Positions 9,306 to 18,546 are shown, numbered from the stretch's first letter. The stretch: 64,000 nt of DNA from an uncultured Candidatus Saccharibacteria bacterium (GCA_964582465.1 CAZOQX010000003.1:1115-65114), one strand, 5' to 3'. The notes: generated by a model not told the origin, from the sequence alone. Numbers and translations are program-made.

Positions 9306-9877
9306 TGCGTCCCTCCTGTAGTGCTAGCGGGCGGCGCCGCCTGATAGTAGGCTGTAATGTTTACGGCTGCCTGCACATTAGTACTCCCGGCACCATTAGG
9401 TGCCAAGTTGACGGATTGAACGTCAATATAGCGAGCAGCGTTTTCGAGTTTTTGCAATAAGCTTTGGACGCCGGCGTAAGATGCACTGATGGCTAGATTT
9501 ACGGGATAAGTAGCGACCCCTGTTGCTGCGCTGGCGGCGACACCACCCGGCGAAAACGTAGTCATTACCGCACTGCTTTTGGACGTCAAATCACTTACCA
9601 TCGCCACCAGCCTCTCCTCTTCGTTAGCTGTAGGTAGTAGGTGCAGAATTTGATCATGCTGATCTTTGACGGCGGCGTAATTTTGGCGCAGGGTCTGAGT
9701 ATCTTGATCCAGCTGCTTTAAGGCAGTGATTTTATTGTTGTAATCTGCGATCTGCTGCCCATCCTTCCCGGCTGTGTTTAAAATTGGCTTAATGATAAAG
9801 AAGCCAACTACGGCCGCAGTTGCAAGCCCAATCAATAAATACAGCCCGACTAGGTTCAGTAATTTGTGATCTTTCAT
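9302..9877 (-). CDS. pilO: Type IV pilus assembly protein PilO-like
   Basis: 191 aa with an N-terminal TM helix then a coiled-coil (ITALKQLDQDTQTLRQNYAAVKDQ), a PilO-like topology. Its ends overlap pilN and the PilP-like gene. Confidence 0.55.
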   Translation of the reverse strand: MKDHKLLNLVGLYLLIGLATAAVVGFFIIKPILNTAGKDGQQIADYNNKITALKQLDQDTQTLRQNYAAVKDQHDQILHLLPTANEEERLVAMVSDLTSKSSAVMTTFSPGGVAASAATGVATYPVNLAISASYAGVQSLLQKLENAARYIDVQSVNLAPNGAGSTNVQAAVNITAYYQAAPPASTTGGTQ

Positions 9878-10476
9878 TTCGCCAAACCTCCGGTGGGATA
9901 AACATAGGTTGCGGAGAGCGAAAATGCCACGCGGGTTCCTTGGACGCTGGCTCCACTAAATGCTACGGAGTTAAAGTAGATTTGTCCTCCCGCATTCGCC
10001 ACACTGGTCGTACTTGGGTCGGGTGTTGGACTAGACTGCTTAAGCGCCGCGATGGCTGTGCCCACTTCATTGTAGGAACCAGCCGTGCCGGCAATGACAA
10101 CTTTCTCGCCATCGACATTAAGCGATTGCAGTGTGACCCCCTTCGGCAAAAGATCAGTCACCCGCTTAAAGATGGCCGAAAACTTATGTTGATTGCTAAA
10201 CAGCCCGTTCAATTCTTGTAGGCTAGCCTGGACAGCCAGGGCTTCTTTACGAAATGCGACGTTATCCGGTGAATTCACCTGAGCGTTGAGGGTGGTATAG
10301 CTATTTTTGGCCGAAGTCAGCCGCACTTTCTGGACGCCCAAGTACACGCCAGCAAGAACTGCCAAGCCCGCCACTAAAATTAGCCAGCCAACAATACTTG
10401 CCGTGGCTATCTTCTTAAACTTCTCCTCACGCTGACGGTTAAGGACTAAATCTGGTAGTAGGTTTACCTTGATCAT
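9874..10476 (-). CDS. pilN: Type IV pilus assembly protein PilN-like
   Basis: The start MIKVNLLPDLVLNRQREEKFKK (INLLP motif) plus a single TM helix is typical of PilN. Confidence 0.6.
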   Translation of the reverse strand: MIKVNLLPDLVLNRQREEKFKKIATASIVGWLILVAGLAVLAGVYLGVQKVRLTSAKNSYTTLNAQVNSPDNVAFRKEALAVQASLQELNGLFSNQHKFSAIFKRVTDLLPKGVTLQSLNVDGEKVVIAGTAGSYNEVGTAIAALKQSSPTPDPSTTSVANAGGQIYFNSVAFSGASVQGTRVAFSLSATYVYPTGGLAK

Positions 10477-10520
10477 GGTTTATGCCTAAAGCTTACACTA
10501 TCCCGCTTATGCTAACAAGT

Positions 10521-13500
10521 TTAATTACTTGGTACCGCCTCATTCCACACCGCCGGAGCACTATTAAGAGTACTGAACCATGGCGGCGGGTTGCTCACCA
10601 CCGTGCCATCGTAGACGAAGTTCTCGGATGGGTTGATGTCAGGATCTAGTTGTGTGCCAGGCTGGCGCTGTAAGTTGAATGATGAGGCAATTATCAAACC
10701 GTTGAGTGTCAGCGGTTGGTCGACATTGACGCGATCATTGTTCCCCACTAAGCTGGTGCCCGAGCTAAATGCACCATTCGCAAAGTAGTTGCCGGCTAGA
10801 TTACTCACGCAATCGTCGGAATTGAAACACTTAACGATGATATTGCCGGTCACAATGAATCCAACTGACGTCTGCTGGCTGCGATCAGTACCGCTATAGC
10901 CGTTATAAGAGACATCACCGTTTACAATTAGATCGCCATTTACAACTATTGTGCCCGCTCCGCCTGCAAAACTGAGCGCGGTATGGGTAGCAGGATCGCC
11001 TAAGTTCAAATTACCATTAGCATAATAGGTTCTCCCGTTGGCGAGCGTAAAGGTGTCGTCCATCGTATAGTAATTTTGCCCGCTGACCTTAGTGAGGTTC
11101 GTGGCCTTCCCCACAATATTATTATTGTAATTGGTCTGCCCCCAGATGGCGTAAATCGGATTATTAGCATTGTCATACGTTCCCGAATTGCCGGTGTTGA
11201 GAGCGTAGGGGCTGAAGGCTTTTCCTTGACTAGGATGACCCGATACGCCTGGGCTGGTGAAGTCAAAGTGATTAATTAGTCCTTTGGTGTACAAGAACGC
11301 CGATTGCGCCAGGGAGTGCGCGAAGTAGCTATCGATCTTCCCGCCAGCGTAAACGTCGGAATTTTGGAAAGATATGGTCGGATTATAAATGGTAGCAACC
11401 CCGCGGTCGGGCTTGGCAGCACTATCCGATTCTATACCGTAAAGCACATTATCGGGCTTGGAGGCGCTCACGTCGCGCGATCCGAGGTCTCGGGTGTGTC
11501 CCTTAAAGGTACTCTCGTAGCGAGCGCGCTGGACGTTACTTGACCAACCCCAGTCGACATTGACTAAACCGTCCTTGGTGCCATCGTATGTTACGTCGCA
11601 TTCCCCATCGAAGTTAGCGGGACAATTGGCCGTATCTTCCTGAAGTAATTGGCCAGCGCCGGTGTAGTACTTGGTGTTGGCGGCACTCGCGGTCAGGTTA
11701 AAGAAACCGCCGGGCCAATAGGTTGCCGTCACATTTTGAGTGCCAGACTTGGTGTCATCAAAGCCCGTGATTACCGGCTCCACCACCTGCGTGTCATAAA
11801 TCATGCGATTCGTATAAAGCGGATCGGCGCGATCAAATGCCCAGCTTACTCCAGCGCCGTGAGCAAGCGGTGTCGAATCCCCCGAGTTATCCATCGTAGT
11901 AACGGTGGTCGAGTCCTGCCAATAAGTGGGGAGGTCGGCCGTTGCTGGGTCATTATCACCATCGGCCCAAGTCGGGTTGGTCTTGTTAAATCCCCCACCA
12001 AAGTAACTATCTTGGCCTAACACTTGACCTTGAATCGTGGCATTGGGATTCAGCCACCCCCACTTGGTCTCTCTTCTGCCCAAGTAGTAGGTAAAGTTGC
12101 TGACGATAAATTTATTGCTAATCTTTAGCGTCACGGTGGTACCAGCAGTCCCGTCGGCAGTTCCAGGGCTATAGGTGAAGCCGGCCGCGCCGCTGGCATT
12201 GGTTGCACCCCCCAACTTCACGCCGATCGGCGTGTCGTGAGCAGCAGCGTTTTTGGTTGGATACCAGTGGCCCTTGTCGTCTAGTTGCGACCAATTCACG
12301 TACTCATCCCACTTAAGCTGCGCATTATCGACGTGTGTAATGCCCGTAGTGTAGGTCAACGGTTCTTGGTTATTGGCCTTATATTTGAGTGTGCCGTTGT
12401 CCTGACTGTCCTGCAAAAGCGACGTCACAGTCGTAGTGCCCCACGATTTCAGTGGCAAATCACTTACACCCAAGCCGCCCTTCAAAATATTGTCTGGATC
12501 AAGCGTAAAGTTAGTCGGTACATCAGTATTGTCCGAATCAGCCTGATTGGTGAAGTTAGCATCGTTAATTGAGGCACTATACGTACTCGGGAAAAGTTGT
12601 GGATTTCGAACGTTATCCCAAGTGTTGGGCTTTGGCGAGTTATCGGCCTTAACTGGTCCAGCACTATTATCGGGCAATGACTGCCGCGGATCCGCTCCCT
12701 TATTGGTATCGCGCTGCAATAGATTTTTGTCGATGCCGCCCTGCCACTGAACGCCGTGGTCGCCCACCACTGAGACATCATCTGAGTTGTTAGCCGGCGA
12801 TTTAATTCCTTGGGCGTTAATATGGAGGTTAGAGATCTCGACAGCGTTGATGTGATTACTGCCGCCGCAGTCCCATACTTGTTTGCCGTCAGTATAAAAG
12901 TAGCTGCCGTCTTGGCAGGCGATGCCGCCGTGGCGGGGGTCAAAAGCATTGCTATCGCTGGTCGAGAAGTTCACGTCGCGAATGGGTTGCCACTTATTGC
13001 CACCAGGAGTGGACGAGCCGGACGTCACGGTGCCGTCGTTCTTCGGTACGTAAGCGAGCGGGATGCGCTGCAAGCAACCGGTGGCCGCAAACGAAGCCGG
13101 GCAACCAATCTCCGCCTTGTTATTAAAGACACTCATGCTGTTTAGGTCCGTATCGAGATTTTCGCTGGTGGTATTGGTATCCCCAAAAGCCGATCCCCAA
13201 GTACCAGCCAGCCAGAAGTTAGTCGAATGATCGTTGCCTTGGTATGTTCCTTGATCGGTTTTGCCGCGATTGCCCGCATCCGGCCACATGTAGGCCTGCA
13301 GGTTAAAGAGCGGATATTTAAAGTTATCGCGCACGAACTGTAAAACGGGGTGAATGAAGTTGGCTAAGTAGACTTTCGCTGGCGTGTTTAGAGATTTAAT
13401 GGTGATAGCGCAGGTGTCGCCGAATAGGTCATATACACCGGCCACGAGACTAGGCGTACCCATCTGGAAGGTTAGGCGATAGACGCCGGGGGTCGCTGGT

Positions 13501-14993
13501 GTTACATAGCTCGCATTCGAGAAAGTAGTAGTCTGATTGGGGCCGATAGGTGGACTATTAATCGACTGAGTCGTAGGTCCAGTTACAGGAGTGTCATCAG
13601 TACGAACTAGCTTATACGAGCTGGTCCAAGCCACATCGCCGGTATTCTTTAATGACTGGGTAATTTTTACAGTCGACCCCGGCGCGACAGGGTTCGGAAT
13701 AGAGCTTTGGATGCTTTGGCAGTTTGAGTTCTGGGAGCAAGTATCGTTGTAGGTTTCACTATCGTACGGGATCCAAATTTGCGGATCGTTATTGTAGCTA
13801 ATGTTGTGCCATACCCACATAAACTGCATACTATACGCCGCGGCAAAGTCTAGAGTTTTAGTTTCACCGTTGCCGCCAATAAATTCAGGGTATTTATCCG
13901 GATTCTGATCGGCAACTGCCGTCTTTACATCATAGCCCCGCCGATGAGCACTTCCCCCATTGAAAATATCTGGAGTTATCTTCCACGGCCCGGGACTAGT
14001 CCCGCCAACGTCGCGATAATATAAATCAAAGTAGATTTGTGGGTTAACCGGAGAAGAGTCGCTAGCCCCGTCCGCATCCTGCCACCTCAGCTCGTTATAA
14101 AGAATAGGATAAACCTCTTTTTGCGACAAGCAGGGGGTTGCAAACGGAATATAGAGGTCGTAGGTTCCACTCGTGTTGGTCGTATCAAGCGTGATAGGCT
14201 GATCACCTTTATCAAACCTCGCCCACAAGCCCACACGGTTCCCACCACAAGGGAAATTTTGATTTGCCCCCTGATTATTTACATCTTGTTGCATGCAACC
14301 ATCAGCTTGTGTCCCGGAGCTATAAGCTTGGATCCTGAAGTTCGCCCACCGGTCGTGACCAGGCTCAACGACCACACTGTCATCTGTGTTCATCGCCGAA
14401 ATATACCCAACTGCAAGTCGGTATACATAGTATCCGTTGCTCTTATTACTAGGCGATGATAAACATCCGCCATCGCCGTAGTTGTCAGAGTCGGTATCAA
14501 ACTTAATAGGGTCGCTCCACTGACCCGGGCTTGTAAAGAATACGGACCCTTGCTTGCCCTGAGAGATACATTTTTTGGCGTTATTATTATCGTCGAAGAT
14601 TTTGTAGGATTCGTCAGCGTTGGCGGGGGTAAAGAAAAATTTCATGCTTTTGAAATCTTGGTCAGAAGAACTTCCAGTACCTGTCCGAATTCTTATGTAG
14701 GTATTGTGGGGATCTTTGAAGTATAGCTTGATGTAAGATACGGGCGTATCGATAGCTCGACCTGTAGTGCCAGCATTGCATTGGTGGTTTGGATTGGTAA
14801 AGTAGCCTGAACATGCTTGGCTAACATCGACTTGAATATCGCCGTTCCCTCCATCGACTGTTTGATTCGGTAGAACATCATTTACTCTTACAAAGCTAAA
14901 GTCCGGGGCAGCCTGGGCTGGCTTAACCAAACTGAACAGGTTAACCGGCAGAAGCACCGCCAAAATAGTTAGCCACCTAATAAGCTTAGCCAT
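10521..14993 (-). CDS. Giant secreted protein (1490 aa) with a signal peptide, of unknown function. It is a candidate surface/adhesin protein at the head of the pilus operon.
   Basis: Uninterrupted 4.47-kb ORF. The N-terminus MAKLIRWLTILAVLLPVNLFSLVKPAQAAP is a Sec signal peptide. It is rich in Gly/Asn/Thr/Ser/Asp. The C-terminal NGDLIVNGDVSYNGY...IVTGNIIV segment resembles beta-helix repeats. Confidence 0.7.
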   Translation of the reverse strand: MAKLIRWLTILAVLLPVNLFSLVKPAQAAPDFSFVRVNDVLPNQTVDGGNGDIQVDVSQACSGYFTNPNHQCNAGTTGRAIDTPVSYIKLYFKDPHNTYIRIRTGTGSSSDQDFKSMKFFFTPANADESYKIFDDNNNAKKCISQGKQGSVFFTSPGQWSDPIKFDTDSDNYGDGGCLSSPSNKSNGYYVYRLAVGYISAMNTDDSVVVEPGHDRWANFRIQAYSSGTQADGCMQQDVNNQGANQNFPCGGNRVGLWARFDKGDQPITLDTTNTSGTYDLYIPFATPCLSQKEVYPILYNELRWQDADGASDSSPVNPQIYFDLYYRDVGGTSPGPWKITPDIFNGGSAHRRGYDVKTAVADQNPDKYPEFIGGNGETKTLDFAAAYSMQFMWVWHNISYNNDPQIWIPYDSETYNDTCSQNSNCQSIQSSIPNPVAPGSTVKITQSLKNTGDVAWTSSYKLVRTDDTPVTGPTTQSINSPPIGPNQTTTFSNASYVTPATPGVYRLTFQMGTPSLVAGVYDLFGDTCAITIKSLNTPAKVYLANFIHPVLQFVRDNFKYPLFNLQAYMWPDAGNRGKTDQGTYQGNDHSTNFWLAGTWGSAFGDTNTTSENLDTDLNSMSVFNNKAEIGCPASFAATGCLQRIPLAYVPKNDGTVTSGSSTPGGNKWQPIRDVNFSTSDSNAFDPRHGGIACQDGSYFYTDGKQVWDCGGSNHINAVEISNLHINAQGIKSPANNSDDVSVVGDHGVQWQGGIDKNLLQRDTNKGADPRQSLPDNSAGPVKADNSPKPNTWDNVRNPQLFPSTYSASINDANFTNQADSDNTDVPTNFTLDPDNILKGGLGVSDLPLKSWGTTTVTSLLQDSQDNGTLKYKANNQEPLTYTTGITHVDNAQLKWDEYVNWSQLDDKGHWYPTKNAAAHDTPIGVKLGGATNASGAAGFTYSPGTADGTAGTTVTLKISNKFIVSNFTYYLGRRETKWGWLNPNATIQGQVLGQDSYFGGGFNKTNPTWADGDNDPATADLPTYWQDSTTVTTMDNSGDSTPLAHGAGVSWAFDRADPLYTNRMIYDTQVVEPVITGFDDTKSGTQNVTATYWPGGFFNLTASAANTKYYTGAGQLLQEDTANCPANFDGECDVTYDGTKDGLVNVDWGWSSNVQRARYESTFKGHTRDLGSRDVSASKPDNVLYGIESDSAAKPDRGVATIYNPTISFQNSDVYAGGKIDSYFAHSLAQSAFLYTKGLINHFDFTSPGVSGHPSQGKAFSPYALNTGNSGTYDNANNPIYAIWGQTNYNNNIVGKATNLTKVSGQNYYTMDDTFTLANGRTYYANGNLNLGDPATHTALSFAGGAGTIVVNGDLIVNGDVSYNGYSGTDRSQQTSVGFIVTGNIIVKCFNSDDCVSNLAGNYFANGAFSSGTSLVGNNDRVNVDQPLTLNGLIIASSFNLQRQPGTQLDPDINPSENFVYDGTVVSNPPPWFSTLNSAPAVWNEAVPSN

Positions 14994-15043
14994 TAGAGTT
15001 ATTGTATGAGCTTATCCACTACCAGTCAAACCCCTTAAGCTTA

Positions 15044-15076
15044 TTGACATCATGACTGCTCCGGTAGACTATTAAT
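15044..15076 (+). promoter_or_regulatory. Weak sigma70-like promoter candidate upstream of the first secreted paralog
   Basis: A TTGACA at 15044-15049, with poorly spaced TAnnnT-like elements after it. The -10 and the true start codon (15075, 15081 or 15102) are ambiguous. Confidence 0.2.
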
Positions 15077-15707
15077 GTTAATGGCTAAGCGCAAAAGGAA
15101 AATGACCAGACTACTCCCATCGCTCGGCAAGCTCTCTAACCTTTCTTTCGTAGCGATCGTATGTGGCGTGGTGACTTTTGGAATACTTGCCTACTACGTG
15201 GTACACGCGCTCTCTTATCACAGAATCGGCATACTACAAGAACACGGCCAAACTTTTTACTACACCAACCCCACAACCGGCCACGTAACTGCTGAAAAAG
15301 TTATTCATCCTGATCAAGGTGATGGCGGTAAACTGTCATGTAGCAATACTTGCTGGCTCTCGGCTAAAGCAAGTTCAACCTTCCAAGACGCCTGGACTGG
15401 TCCAGGGTTTCACGTAGCGTCCAGCGGCGTAAACTCAACTAACAAGAATCAACGCGCGTGCTTTGTTATTCGGGTTGCTCCAGGTGCATCCTCAGCAATA
15501 GCAGGAATATCCGTCGATGGGACACCAGTAGGACAATCTACATCTGTTACAAAAGATTTCAAGTGTTATTGGCTGAACTACACAGTCAAAGCAGGCCAGA
15601 CCGGCCTCAGCTGGACCATCCATGTTCAGTCTGGGCAAGTTCAGATTGACCGTGTAGAACTGTGGCAGGGCGGTGCTAGTGGCAAGAGTGTTTTTGTAGA
15701 ACTGTAG
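15075..15707 (+). CDS. Membrane-anchored/secreted Cys-containing protein, paralog A (start uncertain: 15075 or 15102)
   Basis: 210-aa ORF with an N-terminal TM/signal anchor (LSFVAIVCGVVTFGILAYYVVHA). Its C-terminal ~125 aa are identical to paralog B. Confidence 0.6.
   Translation: MLMAKRKRKMTRLLPSLGKLSNLSFVAIVCGVVTFGILAYYVVHALSYHRIGILQEHGQTFYYTNPTTGHVTAEKVIHPDQGDGGKLSCSNTCWLSAKASSTFQDAWTGPGFHVASSGVNSTNKNQRACFVIRVAPGASSAIAGISVDGTPVGQSTSVTKDFKCYWLNYTVKAGQTGLSWTIHVQSGQVQIDRVELWQGGASGKSVFVEL
15334..15706. repeat. Direct repeat copy A, about 373 nt, apparently 100% identical to 15955-16327. It is the 3' half of the tandem paralogs.
   Basis: Compared by eye from tgtcatgtagcaatacttgctggctctcgg... 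through ...gtttttgtagaa without a mismatch. Confidence 0.8.
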
Positions 15708-15755
15708 CTTGCTTTTGCCGTAAACATGTGATACAGTTGCATTCAACTAAACACT

Positions 15756-16334
15756 ATGTTGAAGTTTCGTTTTTCTATACTAACAGTCTACCTGGCCAGC
15801 ATAATTGCTGGCTTCTTAGCTTGGAGCTTCCCTGCCCAGGCTATTACGTATCACAAAGTCTCCACTCTCCAGGAACACTCAACTTTCTCTTATACAAATG
15901 ATGGGAAAACGATTAAAGAGAAGGTTCAGCATCCTGACTGGAGGGACGGCGGGCACATGTCATGTAGCAATACTTGCTGGCTCTCGGCTAAAGCAAGTTC
16001 AACCTTCCAAGACGCCTGGACTGGTCCAGGGTTTCACGTAGCGTCCAGCGGCGTAAACTCAACTAACAAGAATCAACGCGCGTGCTTTGTTATTCGGGTT
16101 GCTCCAGGTGCATCCTCAGCAATAGCAGGAATATCCGTCGATGGGACACCAGTAGGACAATCTACATCTGTTACAAAAGATTTCAAGTGTTATTGGCTGA
16201 ACTACACAGTCAAAGCAGGCCAGACCGGCCTCAGCTGGACCATCCATGTTCAGTCTGGGCAAGTTCAGATTGACCGTGTAGAACTGTGGCAGGGCGGTGC
16301 TAGTGGCAAGAGTGTTTTTGTAGAATTACAGTAA
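15756..16334 (+). CDS. Secreted Cys-containing protein, paralog B (signal peptide)
   Basis: 192 aa. The start MLKFRFSILTVYLASIIAGFLAWSFPAQA is a signal peptide. The C-terminal half is identical to paralog A and the N-terminal half is about 50% identical. Confidence 0.6.
   Translation: MLKFRFSILTVYLASIIAGFLAWSFPAQAITYHKVSTLQEHSTFSYTNDGKTIKEKVQHPDWRDGGHMSCSNTCWLSAKASSTFQDAWTGPGFHVASSGVNSTNKNQRACFVIRVAPGASSAIAGISVDGTPVGQSTSVTKDFKCYWLNYTVKAGQTGLSWTIHVQSGQVQIDRVELWQGGASGKSVFVELQ
15955..16327. repeat. Direct repeat copy B (373 nt)
   Basis: See 15334-15706. Confidence 0.8.
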
Positions 16335-16335
16335 A

Positions 16336-17490
16336 CTAAACCACTACCTCTTTAGGCCTGTCGCGCAAATTATAATCCGAACTCATCACATAGCCGTAGG
16401 CGCCGGCGTTCAGTATTGCTAAAATCTCTCCTTCTTTCGGCATGGTAAGCTCCCGCTCCTGGGCCAATAAATCGCCAGACTCACACACATTCCCAGCTAC
16501 ATACACCACCGCCTGCTCGCCCTCTACTCTACTTGCATTCATAATTTGGTGATATGAGCCGTACATGGCCGGTCGAATTAAATGATTAAAGCCCGTGTTT
16601 ACGCCTACAAATGTGCGATCCGGGTTCTTTTTTATATCCGTCACTTTGGTGAGCAAAAAGCCGGTCTCGGCCACCAAATAACGCCCGGGCTCGAGCCGCA
16701 TTGCAACCGGCGAGCCATACTCCCGCGTAAATTTCGCCATCAGCTCGCTCGCCTGCTTACCGAATTCGGCTACGTCCAGGGGTTGCTCGCTAGGTCGATA
16801 CGGCACGCCCAAACCGCCGCCAAAATCTAAATACTTCAACCCCTCAAACCCCCGTGCCGTTTCGAGTAATACACTCATGGCGTGAATTAGAATAGCGACA
16901 TCTAACACGTTCGATCCAATGTGCTGATGCAAGCCCACGATCTTTAGGCCGTGTTTTTTCGCGATTGCTTTGGCCTCGTCGAGCTGCGAAATATCAATCC
17001 CAAATTTACTAGCCGGGCCGCCGGTAATCACATGAGCGTGGTGACCGGCCCCAATTCCTTGGTTAACCCGAATCCCCACTTCCTTTCCCAGCCCTAAGCT
17101 TCCCCACTTTTCCAGCTGGCCAAGCGAATCGAGGTTTACGGCCATTCCCTGCTCGGCCAACCATGCGAGCTCGCTCGCATCAATATTGCTACAGGTAAAT
17201 ACCAGGCGGTCAGTCGTAAAACCGGCCGCCTTTGCCCGCTCGACTTCGCCGGGACTGACGCATTCGGCACTAGCCCCTAGTTCACGAAGTTGCTTTAAAA
17301 CTTCCAAATTAGAATTAGCCTTAACCGCAAAATGGATCTGTGCCGGTTGATAAGAAATCGCCTGCTCGAGCGTCTGGTAGCGCTCCTTGATTGTCTCTAA
17401 CTCATAAACATAGAGCGGCGTGCCGTATTTTGTCGCGAGCTTGGTCGCCAGGTCCCCGCTGATATCGAGTTTATTGTCGCGTACCTGCAT
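16336..17490 (-). CDS. lysA: Diaminopimelate decarboxylase (PLP-dependent Orn/DAP/Arg decarboxylase family)
   Basis: 384 aa with ...GTPLYVYELETIKERYQTLEQA...IHFAVKANSNLEVLK... (PLP-binding K in the FAVKAN motif) and a C-terminal beta-sandwich with ...CESGD. Confidence 0.75.
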   Translation of the reverse strand: MQVRDNKLDISGDLATKLATKYGTPLYVYELETIKERYQTLEQAISYQPAQIHFAVKANSNLEVLKQLRELGASAECVSPGEVERAKAAGFTTDRLVFTCSNIDASELAWLAEQGMAVNLDSLGQLEKWGSLGLGKEVGIRVNQGIGAGHHAHVITGGPASKFGIDISQLDEAKAIAKKHGLKIVGLHQHIGSNVLDVAILIHAMSVLLETARGFEGLKYLDFGGGLGVPYRPSEQPLDVAEFGKQASELMAKFTREYGSPVAMRLEPGRYLVAETGFLLTKVTDIKKNPDRTFVGVNTGFNHLIRPAMYGSYHQIMNASRVEGEQAVVYVAGNVCESGDLLAQERELTMPKEGEILAILNAGAYGYVMSSDYNLRDRPKEVVV

Positions 17491-17522
17491 TCCCCGATTA
17501 TAAAGGAAGAGCGCTAGGCCGG

Positions 17523-18383
17523 CTAATAAACGTCGACGGCAATATGAATGTGGTCGCGGTGATCAGCTTCCGTGGCCGGGTCATAGTGATGAGGCACACC
17601 TTGGTCGAGATTAAGGGGCGAGTTCCAGTAGATTAGCTCATCCACATGATACTCGGCGCGATGATTAAAGACGTAAGGCATGATCGAGACATGCTGCTCC
17701 TGGTTGGCAATATCAACCGCTAGACCGCGGTAATGGAAGCTATTTGTCACATGATGACCATTAGTGAGGTACGCTATCACAATCGGAATGCCACGATTTG
17801 CCATGTCGTTCACGAGTTTGAGCAAGTCCGCGCTCACACGCACGCATTGGCCAGTGGCTTCCACGGGTGCACACTCCCCCCGTGCCACTCGCTGCATAAT
17901 ACCTACCGTCTGCGGCTGAATCGAAATGTGCGGATTCTGCAAAATTAGCTGGGCGTAATAGGCGGCATTATTTACAGGTTGCGTTAAGCTCGCACAACTC
18001 TTGCCCTGGGTGCGGTAAATGGCACACCAAGTGTTGAGGTTAGCAACGCCAATGTTTGCCGCACTTTGCCCCAGTGGCTTGTTACCTAGCCCGCGGTGAT
18101 TGGGATCAAGCTGGTAATAAATCAGAGCTGATTTGGTTGGCCAATCGAAGTAGCCATTAATTTTGAGCGCCTGCCTGGCAGCAAAGGATACGCTTCCGGA
18201 ATTCTTGAGGTGCCACTGTAAATTCTTCACGCAGACGCCTGTGCTGTTCATGCTAAGCACTGGCTTAACGGGACAGGCAAAGGGATCTTGGCCAGTCGCA
18301 TGCGCTGGGGCAACTGCAATAAGCGGCATCACTACCGCAACCAGCGCTACTATAATTTTTGCAAACTTCAACTTCATAGCCAA
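17523..18383 (-). CDS. Secreted cell-wall hydrolase: a peptidoglycan-binding domain plus a peptidase M15 (VanY/D-Ala-D-Ala carboxypeptidase-like) domain
   Basis: Signal peptide MAMKLKFAKIIVALVAVVMPLIAVAPAHA. Residues ...NLQWHLKNSG...ARQALKINGYFDWPTKSALIYYQ resemble PG-binding domain 1. SFHYRGLAVDI matches the M15 SxHxxGxAxD zinc motif, and DHRDHIHIA supplies the second His cluster. Confidence 0.5.
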   Translation of the reverse strand: MAMKLKFAKIIVALVAVVMPLIAVAPAHATGQDPFACPVKPVLSMNSTGVCVKNLQWHLKNSGSVSFAARQALKINGYFDWPTKSALIYYQLDPNHRGLGNKPLGQSAANIGVANLNTWCAIYRTQGKSCASLTQPVNNAAYYAQLILQNPHISIQPQTVGIMQRVARGECAPVEATGQCVRVSADLLKLVNDMANRGIPIVIAYLTNGHHVTNSFHYRGLAVDIANQEQHVSIMPYVFNHRAEYHVDELIYWNSPLNLDQGVPHHYDPATEADHRDHIHIAVDVY

Positions 18384-18511
18384 AACTGGCTGCCCGAGGG
18401 CAGCTCACTTAATTTACGTGAACTTTAACATTTTTTGGGCTTAGTGTCAACATAACTACTCTCTTAGGCTAGCAATCACCGCTTCAGTTGATAAATGCCG
18501 GACACTTGGGG

Positions 18512-18546
18512 CACAAACAAAAAGTTAAGCCCCGAAGGGCCTAACT
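18512..18546 (-). terminator. Rho-independent terminator candidate after the gene at 18565-18966
   Basis: The minus strand reads agttaggccc-ttcg-gggcttaact (10-bp stem, 1 mismatch) followed by ttttgtttgt. Confidence 0.4.

Noticed and set aside
11006-14459. Numerous 60-155-aa ORFs on both strands inside the giant gene (for example 11649-12020, 12482-12949, 14037-14459)
   Set aside because: All are embedded in or antisense to one uninterrupted 4.5-kb ORF that has a signal peptide, and are spurious.
15334-16327. Diversity-generating retroelement (template/variable repeat) hypothesis for the 373-nt repeat
   Set aside because: The copies look identical rather than differing at adenine positions. 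There is no reverse transcriptase gene nearby.
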